A stretch of 63,205 nt of DNA, filler included, from Pirum gemmata (lineage: Eukaryota): NCBI GenBank assembly GCA_002812295.1. It is 27 parts of 27 records of this genome, joined end to end, with 100 filler letters (N's around TTAATTAATTAA, not from the genome) between each part and the next. Parts side by side here need not be neighbours in the genome. Positions count along the whole stretch, not along the records: positions 38,784 to 40,923 come from PDIN01007799.1; positions 41,024 to 43,191 come from PDIN01007800.1; positions 43,292 to 45,507 come from PDIN01007801.1; positions 45,608 to 47,791 come from PDIN01007802.1; positions 47,892 to 50,086 come from PDIN01007803.1; positions 50,187 to 52,379 come from PDIN01007804.1; 21 more parts are not named here. One strand, written 5' to 3'. The position numbers and the translations under genes were made by a program. The notes under the pieces were generated by a model. That model did not search any database and was not told the origin of the DNA. It worked only from the letters and a program-made list of their open reading frames with translations. This document shows, one piece after another, positions 39,215 to 50,249 of the stretch (its first letter is position 1; every line of letters starts with the position of its first letter).

Positions 39215-39532
39215 ACAACTATTTTTGGATTGAATCTCGGTATCCAGTTGTTATTATAATTACTCATATTATTCGTATACACAACTATTTTTGGATTGAA
39301 TCTCGGTATCCAGTTGTGATAATATATTAGTTAAAAAAGACAACTATTTTTGGATTGCATCTCGGTATCCAGTTGTACTAATATATATATATATTTGGAT
39401 TGAATCTCAGTATCCATTTGTTATAATTACTCGTATGCACAACTATTTTTGGATTGAATCTTGGTATCCAGTTGCGATAATATATTAGTTAAAAGACAAC
39501 TATTTTTGGATTGTAACTCAGTATCCAGTTGT
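39215..39532. repeat. Array of six ~37-bp self-complementary repeats with short AT-rich spacers
   Basis: ACAACTATTTTTGGATTGAATCTCGGTATCCAGTTGT at 39215, 39281, 39340, 39439 and 39496, plus a partial copy at ~39391. Confidence 0.9.
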
Positions 39533-39606
39533 ACTAATATATATTGATTAATAAAAATATATATAATAAATTCAAACGTATAACCCTAAAATTATTAATA
39601 CGTCAC

Positions 39607-40923
39607 TTAATTTTTTTTGACATTATACTCTTCCAATATTTTGTTATTATATTAATACTATTATCATCAAATTGGTCTGAGCGTATCCAATCAGTAGAAT
39701 CATCTTCCCATAAAACTTTATAAATTTGTTGATCTTGAAAATCATATCCATGATCCAAAAAAAATTTTAAATTTTAAACTATCACGATTTTGTTCTGCAT
39801 TATAACTACGAATTAGTTGTAATTCGTGTGGAGGAATTAAACGATTACTTATACCTACAGCTGGATCACCATTTAACTCTTTTAAAACATAACAATTATT
39901 TTTACATTGAGCAATTTGATATGCCCCAATATATAAATCAGTCAAACTATTAACATGAGTACCACGATTTTTAAGCTTTACATAATCACCAATATTGAAC
40001 CTAATTATCTTATTATTCTTTTTAAAATTTTTGTTCATTTGTTCATTGTACTTAGTAACTCTTAAAGATAATGTCGGATAAACTACATTATATAGTTTTT
40101 CTAAATTTTGTTCCCAAGTTTCTTTTGATAATAAACGATTATCTAAAGAACAAAGCAAATTATTAGCCCTTCCTTGAAAAACATTAAAAGGAGCAGTATT
40201 TGTCCGTCTAGTAACTATTTGATTAATCTTAATTTGTGTTACCGGAATATATGATACCCAATCATAATGACCTTGAAGCAAACTTTTCAAAACTTTTTTA
40301 ATTTCTAAATGTTTACGTTCATTAGCACCCTGAGTTTGTGGTTTATAAGGTACACCAAAATTATGCACCATAGAAGCTAATGCATTAAAAGCCTCTAAAA
40401 TTGTATTCCTAAATTCAGATCCATTGTCACTACTTAAAATATTTGGGAAACCGGTTAAAGAAAAAACTTTAAATAATTTTCGAGCTACAATCGACGCTGC
40501 TTTTAATCGTATTGGTCGTAAAATTGCGAAACTAGAAGCAACATCATGTATATGTAATAAATAACTGTATCCCCTACACGCTGGTAATTGTACTAAATCA
40601 ATAATAACATGATTTAAAGGAAAATCGCTTCGAATACTATTAAGAGGATGATATCCTTTCCTCTCTATCTTATTAAATTCACATGTTCTGCAAAAAGAAT
40701 ATTCTTCTGTTACCAATTTCAACATATTACCCCAATTATACCCATAGCCCCTCTTTAATAACTCCATTGTTTTTCTTATAGAGCCATGATATGAATTATG
40801 GATAGTATGTATAATTCTTTTTTTTTCAGTCAGAGTTGGTTCGTTAGATGTTAACCTCCTTAATCGATTCTTAACTATCTCTGGCTTTGAACATTCGTTA
40901 ACATGAGTAGCACGTTCATCTGG
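39607..40923 (-). CDS. Retroviral-type integrase (HHCC and DDE core) with C-terminal chromodomain in a shifted frame, 5'-partial
   Basis: IHNSYHG...CRTC zinc finger, IIDLV, SSDNGSEF, PYKPQTQGANERKH. Removing one T from the T8 run at about 39757-39764 continues into LDHGYDFQDQQIYKVLWEDDSTDWIRSDQFDD...IITKYWK*. Confidence 0.88.
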
Positions 40924-42491
40924 NNNNNNNNNNNNNNNNNNNNNNNNNNNNNNNNNNNNNNNNNNNNTTAATTAATTAANNNNNNNNNNNNNNNNNNNNN
41001 NNNNNNNNNNNNNNNNNNNNNNNTTATATAAATATATAATATGATACCAACGAGTTCCATCCATCTGATTTCCATCATAACAAAATATCAATTTGATTTA
41101 TATAAATAATACACTGTACATTGTACACCTACTGTACTGTCTTGTCTGTACACAATTTTTTTTTTTGAAAAAAATAATATTGCTGACACTTCTCTGTTTC
41201 CTGGTTGGTCGGGCCCACAGGTTAGGACCCAAAGAGTCAAAGACCAACCTGTCTTAGATTAGAACCGCTACTAGTACCTACCTAGCAGTCAGTACAGTAG
41301 TACCCTTTAGGTACCTAATAGTAGCCTAGCTAGCTAGCCACCTGGGTTACTGAGTTGCACTGACCCAGGCGCCCAGGACTCCAGGGGCCAGGGCCAGACC
41401 CAAATGATCCTAGCCCAAATGAGCCCAAATGATCCCACTCGGGCCACTCCACGGTCCATGGTCTCCTCCAATCTCAAACTTGAGTAGATCTTTGAGTGAT
41501 AACCAATTAGAATGTCTACACACTTTTCCGCCCTTTCCAGAGTCTTTTAGAAATAATTTCTAGTTAGAAATTTGGGCTCCTAGCAGAGATGTCAATCTGA
41601 GGTTTTTTCGAGAAATTTCCCGGCCGATTAGTCTTTTCGGACGCATACTGAAAGTTGAATAGGACGTTTCATTATCAGTCAAAGACATAATAATTAATGC
41701 GGTGATAAATTGAAGTATTAAATTTTATTTATTTTTTAAAAAGAAGTAATTATTAAATTATAATTTTGCAAATGGTTAACTGAATTTAAAAAATTATCCA
41801 ATTACGAAAATGCATGTATACAAGTTTGACTAGAGCTCAAATTTTTTTTTTTAAATGGTGAGGTTAAGAACTGCAATCCGAACAACCCTAGCTAGGGGGG
41901 TGTAATCCCCCGGTGTATCATAACTACAACAGCTAGACTAATTAGCTAGACTAGCTAGTCTCTACTCTCTGCATTATCATATTATTTTAGTTATTATTAT
42001 TATGCTTGTACACTTTTTTTCTCATTATGATATTATTATCAAGAGAGATATAGCAGAAACTGTAATAATATATAACCCGTATTATATATAAAAAAAAGCT
42101 CGTTCGATTTTTTGACGAATTGCCAATAACTTGAGTCATAAAAAAAAAGTGTTAGCTGATAGTAGCTGCTCTAGCTAGTCTATGAATCAGACTATGATAA
42201 CTACTAGCTAGGTTTAGTAGAAATACTAAAAATTGAGGAAGAAAACAAAAAAAAAAAAAAATTCTCTCAAATTTTCCATTTTTTCAAATTTTCTCCACCA
42301 CGCATTGGGGTAACAAAAAAATGGTTTTGAGGTCTGTATCCGAATATGTGTACTTTGTGACTTTATTTTTTTTTAGTTTTAATATCATCATACAAAAAAA
42401 AAGGGGGGGTCTAGAACCGAACAACACAAACAACAAAGATAAAAAACATTTTTTTTTTTTATATCATACCATATCATACACAAAAAAAAAA

Positions 42492-43140
42492 ATGTCCAAA
42501 ACTAAAATAATTATTAAGTTGTATTTTGATTTTATTTCTCCTTATGCTTATTTCAGTGTTTTGGAATCAAGAAAAAGATTAATTAACTATGGTTTCCAAC
42601 AAAGACAGGTCGAAATAGACCTGATTCCTGTTTTGTTCGCAGGTTTATTGAATGAAAGTGGGCAAATAGGTATTTTTGTTAAGTTTGTAAATTTGTGAGT
42701 TAAAAAATAGGTTTGCTCAGTTAGTTTCAGTTGCTGTAGTTAAAGTCTTTTTGTACTTACTATTCTGCTTGTTTCAGTACGGTAAAGGTACGTATGTAAC
42801 TAACCTTAACCCTAACCCTAACCCTAATTCTAAAAAGCAAAGAAGCAACACTGAATTTTCTCTTCTACGATACTTTCAGGACCTGCAGAAATACCTAGTA
42901 AAAAAAGATTTGTTTATCAAGATGCTCTGCGAAAAGCCAGGCACAATTTTCAAATAAATTTGAAATTCCCCCCAGCACATCCTTTCATGCCTTTACCCTC
43001 ATTAAGATTAAGTCACAGTTTAAAATATCATGGACATCAAGAATACGAAAAAATAGTTGAAAACATTTTCCATGCGTGCTGGAGAGATGGTTATGACATA
43101 AGTGATAGCAATATTCTTCAAAACATTCTACTCGATTCAG
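42492..43140 (+). CDS. DsbA-family 2-hydroxychromene-2-carboxylate isomerase / GST-kappa-like protein, exons 42492-42669 and 42880-43140, 3'-partial
   Basis: KLYFDFISPYAY, IPVLFAGLL..SGQI-G-PAEIPSKKRFVYQD, FPPAHPFMPLPSLRL, IFHACWRDGYD; canonical phase-1 splice and a gtatgc donor. Confidence 0.88.
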
Positions 43141-43159
43141 GTATGCTTTTGTTGCCAAC

Positions 43160-43190
<31 letters not shown>

Positions 43191-43291
43191 ANNNNNNNNN
43201 NNNNNNNNNNNNNNNNNNNNNNNNNNNNNNNNNNNTTAATTAATTAANNNNNNNNNNNNNNNNNNNNNNNNNNNNNNNNNNNNNNNNNNNN

Positions 43292-43323
<32 letters not shown>

Positions 43324-43655
43324 GATTACAAAGAAAACAAAAGGTGGTAAAAAAAAACGAAAGAAAAACGAATGTAGGAAATATAACATACCTGGTCTTG
43401 AAGCACTGCAACCAAAAACCAAATTTAAAAAACAAAAGTCCTGTAACTTATAGCCCAGAGTATGAAAATTGTAGAAAAAATATGTAAGTCAGGCCAAAGC
43501 ACGAAAAAAATATTGAAAAAAAGATATCAAACAAAATGCCAAATGTTTTATACTATGACAATAATACCTTCTTGATAATAATACAATGACATCATCGTTA
43601 CAAGGGTATCCTGGGTTTAGTTAGTTTAGTTGGCTGGGTAATACTGATATCACTA

Positions 43656-43687
<32 letters not shown>

Positions 43688-44514
43688 TACCCAACAAAAA
43701 AAGGGAAAAAACGAAAAAACATTCGTATGATACATACATACAAAAAAATTCGAAAAAAAAACACAGGGGGAAGTGCTCCAAACAAAAAGTCTTCGACCAA
43801 ATTCAAAAAAAAAAGTCCTCTAACTAAACCCAGGATACCCTTGTAGAGATGATATCATTGTATCACTATCAAGAAGGAAGTATTGTAATAGTATAAAACA
43901 TTTGGCATTCTCTTCGAATCCTTTTTTTCAATATGACCTGTTATCGTGCCTTGGCTTGCCTTACCTTTTTTTTCCTACAATTTCCATTCTCTGTTTGCTT
44001 AGTTGGTTTAGTTGGCTGGGTAATACTGATAACACCAGTAATAATGATAACAATAATAATAATAATAATAATTACCCAACAAATGTATATAACAAACAAA
44101 AAATGAAAAAAACGAAAAAAAAACTCAACTTACAAACAGCCAAGGAGACTGACTCACTTGTTCAACCAGCACTACCAGCCAGCAGCTATCGGTAGCTGCT
44201 GGTAGGGCTTGTTGAACAAGTCTCCTTCACTATTTTGAAGTTAAGGTTATTGAATTTTTTTGTTGGGGCAGATACCAGTTGTTCTTTGTTTTCCTTTTTT
44301 TTTTTATTTATTTATTTATTTATGGGACTTATGAATTAATTGAAAGAAATATTTACATAGACTATTTACATATTTACACTCTATTTACACTATTTAATTT
44401 AATTATCAAATATATATATATATATATATATTAGACTAGGTTTAATTTTTGAGACTTATCAATAATTAAAAGAAATATTTACATAGACTATTTACATATT
44501 TACATAAACAAAAA

Positions 44515-44658
44515 GGGGGCGTTCAAGTAATACATCACGTCAAGGAGTAGGTAGGTAGGTGGTATTTGACGGAAATTAATGTCGAGGGGTAGGTAATTAG
44601 GGGTATTTGAAGCTGTATTTGACTGGAAATGGGCGTTACGTAGTATTTGAACGCTCCC
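44515..44658. mobile_element. Putative MITE, TIR GGG(G/A)GCGTTCAA(G/A)TA.TAC; truncated inverted copy at ~4710-4810
   Basis: gggggcgttcaagtaatacatcacg ... cgttacgtagtatttgaacgctccc; the interior matches the reverse complement of 4712-4810. Confidence 0.65.
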
Positions 44659-45607
44659 AAACTCAAAAATATGAACACACAAAGTTTCCCTTTTTTATTT
44701 ATCATTATTATTATATATAGTATATATATATATTGGGGAGGGGGGCTCTGTTTTAAGAATATATTGACACTAACTTTTACAACGCTAATAACATGTAATA
44801 TCATATCATAGTTGAGTGAATATTTTTTTTGGGTAGTAAGAAAGTTAGTAAACAATAAAGAGCAACACAAACTGTTTGAAAAGATAGTTAATATTTATCT
44901 TATTATCAGGGTAAACAATGATAGAAAACGTTTAAAAATACCTGAGTTGTTGTTATTTTTAAAAAATACCTTGTAAAATCGACCTATAAATCTCTTTGCC
45001 CCAATCTGCCGTATACATTGTGGTGCATAGTAACGCTCTAGTTTATATTTAAAATAAATAGTGAGGTAGAAATAGAAAACTTCAATATGATAATGGTATA
45101 TGTATATATAGCCGTAAATAAGAATATGTACATTCTTATATATATATTCACACAATATACAGAATATAATTAAGAATGCAAATCATCGTTGCGTGTGTAC
45201 CTGCTAGTTTATTTATGAAATAAGCGATTTATTCATTGGATAACTATATCATTAGCCGATAACGATTTATGCATCGAATAACTATATTGTTTGTGGCTAA
45301 TGATCTAATTATTCAATGAATAAATCACTAACGTACTCATAACATAAAAACAATATACTAGTTTCAAATACAAATATTTTCCAAATGTTATTGCTTTCAT
45401 AAATAAACTAGCAGGTACACACACAACGATGATTTGCATTCTTAATTATATTCTGTATACTGTGTGAATATATGTAAATAAGAATGTAAATAGTATTATA
45501 AACGTAGNNNNNNNNNNNNNNNNNNNNNNNNNNNNNNNNNNNNNNNNNNNNTTAATTAATTAANNNNNNNNNNNNNNNNNNNNNNNNNNNNNNNNNNNNN
45601 NNNNNNN

Positions 45608-45632
45608 ATCCTTTGAAAACAACAACAACAAC

Positions 45633-45681
<49 letters not shown>

Positions 45682-46583
45682 GCAACAAATCGTTCCCTAA
45701 ACGGGCGAATAAAAGAAAATCATTGAATGATTTAAACCTTAATGCTGTCAATAATCGGAATTTAAGTCAAAAGTGCAAACCAACTTTAGCCGATTTCAAT
45801 GAATGCGAAGAAAGCAAAGGTAACCTTAACCGCAGGAACAATACTAACAATCATAGTTTTAGCAGTGTACATAGAAATAGTTATATTGCCGCCGGCACGA
45901 CTGCGGATCTAAAAACTACGTACTCATCCCCCGAAAATCGGTCATCGGCAGGGTTGAAAAAAAGATTTTACAAAAACTCTCGCCCAAAATCAATGCTTCG
46001 AAACAGTTATATCGACTTAGATAATAATAATAATAGTAGTAGTAGTGATATTTTTGATAGTAGTGGTAGTAGTAGTAGCAGTAGTAGTAGTAGTAGTAGT
46101 AGTAATATTAGGAATGATGGCGTCGCACCATCAAGGGCTCGTTCACCACCACCACCTGTACCTAGCTCTAGTCGCTTTAGTAGAAAAATGTCCACTGCTA
46201 GTATCGGTCTTGTTAATATTTATAATAGCAATAGTTATAATAGTATTGGGAATAGTTCCACCCACGAACATAGAGATAGTTTTTCAGAAGTGGTTCAAGA
46301 AAGGTTGTTGGAGTTAAAACGTATAGAAAATAACACACCTTCGGAATTGGATGGAAATTGTGGTGTAGCGCGCACTTATTCTTATGTTAGTCTAGATGAT
46401 GATAATTGTGTTGCTAATAATGCTCAGGAGGGGGAGGGGGAGGATGTAGAAATCGTTTATGCTACCCTGAATTTAGTACAGAATGACAAAGATGTAAATG
46501 TAAATAATAACAATAATTTTACCAACCGTGGTAAAGTAGTTCTGGATAATGAATTTTCAGAATACGCAAGTATTGTATTTTAA
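45608..46583 (+). CDS. Terminal exon of a disordered Asn/Ser-rich protein with PxxP and C-terminal tyrosine motifs, 5'-partial
   Basis: 286-aa ORF ending in TAA followed by AT-rich UTR; RSPPPPVP, IVYATLNL, SEYASIVF. Confidence 0.7.
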
Positions 46584-46725
46584 AATTAATTAATTATTAA
46601 TATAATTTATTAGTTAAACATTAATGATTAATAATAAAAAACTAATAATAATAATTATAATATATTATTACTATTACTATTATTTATTATTTATTATTTA
46701 TTATTTATTATTATCATTATTATTA

Positions 46726-46760
<35 letters not shown>

Positions 46761-47154
46761 ATTATTATTATAATTATTATTATAATTATAATTATTAATA
46801 CCATTATTAATAATATTATTATTATTCTTATTAGTATTCCCTTATCCTTGGCCCACGCATTAGAATTCATCTTACTACTAGCAGTATGACATTAATTGTA
46901 TTATAATAATTTCAGAATAAAGTTTACAACAATATCCCCAATTCTCTCTATATATATAAATAGGTTAGGGTTAGGGTTAGGGTAACAACTGAAAAGCACT
47001 GTACTAAATTAACTAAAACATGTCTGATGAAACACGTGATTTTTGACACCAGGCTAATTTAGGGGTAATTTAGGCTAGAAATTTAGAGTTGGGAAAAAAA
47101 GAACGGGGTAGAATGGGGCAGACTATTTAACTACTATTTACTATTTAAAAATCA

Positions 47155-47320
47155 GGGAGATATGCGGGAAAAACTATCGAATCGAGACTAGTTCGAAACT
47201 TTCAAATTTTTTTGATCTATATTTATATAATGACTCGAAAAAAATAATATTTATTCCAAAATTATCACTATTTAGTAATTAGGATCGAGCTGTTTAGTTC
47301 GATTAGGATTTCTCATATGG
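47155..47320. mobile_element. Putative MITE family C; related copies at 27273-27345, 27465-27535, 55539-55680
   Basis: Ends gggagatatgcgggaaaa..atcgaatc and gattcgat..ttttcccgtatctccc; shared core attgtcactatttaataattaggatcgagctgttt. Confidence 0.55.
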
Positions 47321-47757
47321 GTAAAATTTCTAAAAGTCGAAAAAAATGAACTCGTGCCTGACGTTTTTACTGAACGTTCTATAGTCTACTAGTCTATTTT
47401 GATTGGTAAACTAGAGTTAGTAGTAGGCTGTAGTTTTTCATTTATTTGGAGGGTTATAATCTTTAAATTGACATTTTTAAATCAATAAATAGATATTAAA
47501 ATATACCAAATTAAATTAAATGGATTTATATTGTATTAATTTGGTACCATCTAACAGTAGACTAGTCCGAAGCATTAATTATTGTGCTTTTCATTTATTT
47601 TGTCCCTCTGAATATTTATTTGGTTGGTTATAATATTTAATTGGATGTTTTTAAAAATGAATAAATAGATAATAAAATATAGCAAATTAAATGAAATGGA
47701 TTTATTTAGTATTTAATTTGGTACTTTTTATTGTATATTTTATGATGATAAAACAAC

Positions 47758-47791
<34 letters not shown>

Positions 47792-47930
47792 NNNNNNNNN
47801 NNNNNNNNNNNNNNNNNNNNNNNNNNNNNNNNNNNTTAATTAATTAANNNNNNNNNNNNNNNNNNNNNNNNNNNNNNNNNNNNNNNNNNNNATAAATAAT
47901 AATAATAATAAAGTAAACATAAGGAAAAAC

Positions 47931-50026
47931 CTCTTCATCACCAACAGTAACTTTAACATAAGTTTGCAAAGTTACACCCCAAGATTGTTTAGCTGTTGCT
48001 GAAGTACCAGAAATATCATGAATACCAATTCTAAGTAAGCCAGAACGAATTTTCTGCACAAGATAAAATCGATTCAAAAAAAGTTTAGTACTTTTACAAC
48101 GAATTCAAATAGCTAAACAAAAAATAATAAATTGGTATACAACAAACTTGTTGCACTTGATAGGGTTAGGGTTACACGTAGCGGTAGGATAAAGGTAGTA
48201 GGGGTATATATACATATATAATTGAAACCTGATCACCGGAATTCAACATACTCTGCAGTTCAAGTTTTTCTGCTTCCAAAGCAACAGAAGACTCTTCATC
48301 ATTATCTACGATATCCAAGAATCAAAAAGTAAATACAGAATAACATAATTGTAATAAAGTTATTTAGAGTGAAATTAGAATTGACCGATAACTATTTCAA
48401 ACCCAATTAAAAATAAACTTACCTCCAAAAAGTACAGTCGAACTAAAGGAAGGTGATTTGTAAACATCCAGTATACAAGTTAATTGTCCAGAAGGAACAA
48501 CAGGTACTGTAATGACCTCTTGTAGGTGATAAGTTTCAAACCTGTTCATTTTACTACTTTCTGATTCTTCAGCTTTTTTGTCTGTTGGAACTTCATTTTT
48601 TTTATCGACATCGCTATTTGTTTTTGGAACACCTGGGTCTTTATATAAATATTATTATAATTATTACTATGTGTATCAAGTAATAAGAAATAAGAAATAA
48701 GAAAACAAGATAAAATAATAATTTGATCAAATAGAAATACAGTACATGAGTATTAAAATACGCGAAACACTAAACATTTAGTTCAAGGGTCTAACGCAAA
48801 CACAAGTAATTTGCACGACACCAGGGTTTAGTTAGCAAACAAGTTTACAAGAACAAGTATTGAAAGAATAGTGTTGCCAAGTTAAAATATAGACAAACAA
48901 GATTGAGAACCTGAATTAATAGCGATAAAAGTAGATAAATCCTGAACCCATTTCGATATAATCTCATCTGAAGTAGCCTAAATTAAAAATAAAAAAAATG
49001 GGTTGTGTGAAAAAAACAGAAAAACTCTATCAATTATATGACAACACGACTTCAAAGTCAATACTACCTTTTAAAGGAAGATCTCAATAGTTATAAAAAT
49101 CGGATTTTATCTGTTAAAACTATAACCAAAAACAAAATAACACAAAGTAATAAAGAACAAACAAAGTCAAACGCTATAAAAAAGAAAAAGAACAAACAAA
49201 CAAACAAAAATACTAAATAAAAAAATGCCGAAAGAGTAAATTAGATTAAATAGCAAAGATTCCTTACAGTGTTGTAATCAAATATTGTAAAGTTAAGCTT
49301 TGCTGAAGATGGATCGTCTAAAAGAAAATAAAACTTTTCATTCCATTCAGGATGAAGTGAGTTATACACAATAGAGGATGTTCGTTCTTGATTTTTCACT
49401 TTCATTTTCACAAATGCATCGCTGTATATACGAATATGAAATCACATAATAAAAGAAATAACCCGGAATAAGTAAATGATCAGAATAAGTAGAATAAATA
49501 TTTAGTCTTTAATTATTACAGCATCATTTTATAACCAATATTTTAATTGATACCCAAACTCAATAAAAACTTCAGTTTTGATTATATATAAAATATAAAT
49601 TTAATTTACTGCGATTCACACAATGTATGTAAGTAAGTGGGTGGGTGGGTGGAGGGGTGGAGGGGTGTGTAAAACACATATAAAATTTCAGGGTCGTGAA
49701 TACCAAGCACCAAGAAAATCGGTTTTCGGAAGGTTTTCTCCTTTCACCAAAGTAACCACCATAACAGCTTGAGCAATCTGTAAATAAAAATACATGATAC
49801 ATTGTAAGAAAATTTAGCGGTTGATAAGAATTGCACTTTATTCAATGGAAAAAAAAAAAAAAAAAAAAACTGATAATGATGATAATGGAAATTATAACTA
49901 AATAAGGAGAAGATAAGTCAAAAACAAACAAATAATCATAGTCACCCCTTCTGATTTTCCAGCATTCATAAGCTCATCAAGATTAATTTTAAGAATATAT
50001 GGGTCAATTAGCATCGTCTCCAAAAC
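47931..50026 (-). CDS. Multi-C2-domain protein (extended-synaptotagmin/tricalbin-like), 7 exons, partial
   Basis: Phase-compatible exons 50026-49946, 49777-49704, 49421-49268, 48977-48911, 48638-48423, 48305-48229, 48053-47931. C2 motif VTLVKGENLPKTDFLGACDAFVKMKV...LHPEWNEKFYF...FTIFDYN; second C2 start SGLLRIGIH...TYVKVTVG. Confidence 0.8.
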
Positions 50027-50249
50027 CTATGCGAAGGGCGGTGAAAATATTAGTATACATTGTAATAATAAATAACAAAATAATATNNNNNNNNNNNNNN
50101 NNNNNNNNNNNNNNNNNNNNNNNNNNNNNNTTAATTAATTAANNNNNNNNNNNNNNNNNNNNNNNNNNNNNNNNNNNNNNNNNNNNTTATTATTATTATT
50201 ATTATTAATAATCAAATTATTTTTATTGTATTATAATTGCTGAAGCCAA

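Larger units (their letters stand above)
38784..40923 (-). mobile_element. 3' part of a Ty3/gypsy (chromovirus-like) LTR retrotransposon
   Basis: Integrase and chromodomain, non-coding 3' region, then a PPT-like GGGGAGTA (38818-38811) directly followed by TGTTG at 38810 (probable 3' LTR start). Confidence 0.75.

Noticed and set aside
39215..39532. Bona fide CRISPR array
   Set aside because: Eukaryotic retroelement context, no cas genes, and spacers are short, unequal and duplicated as a trimer.
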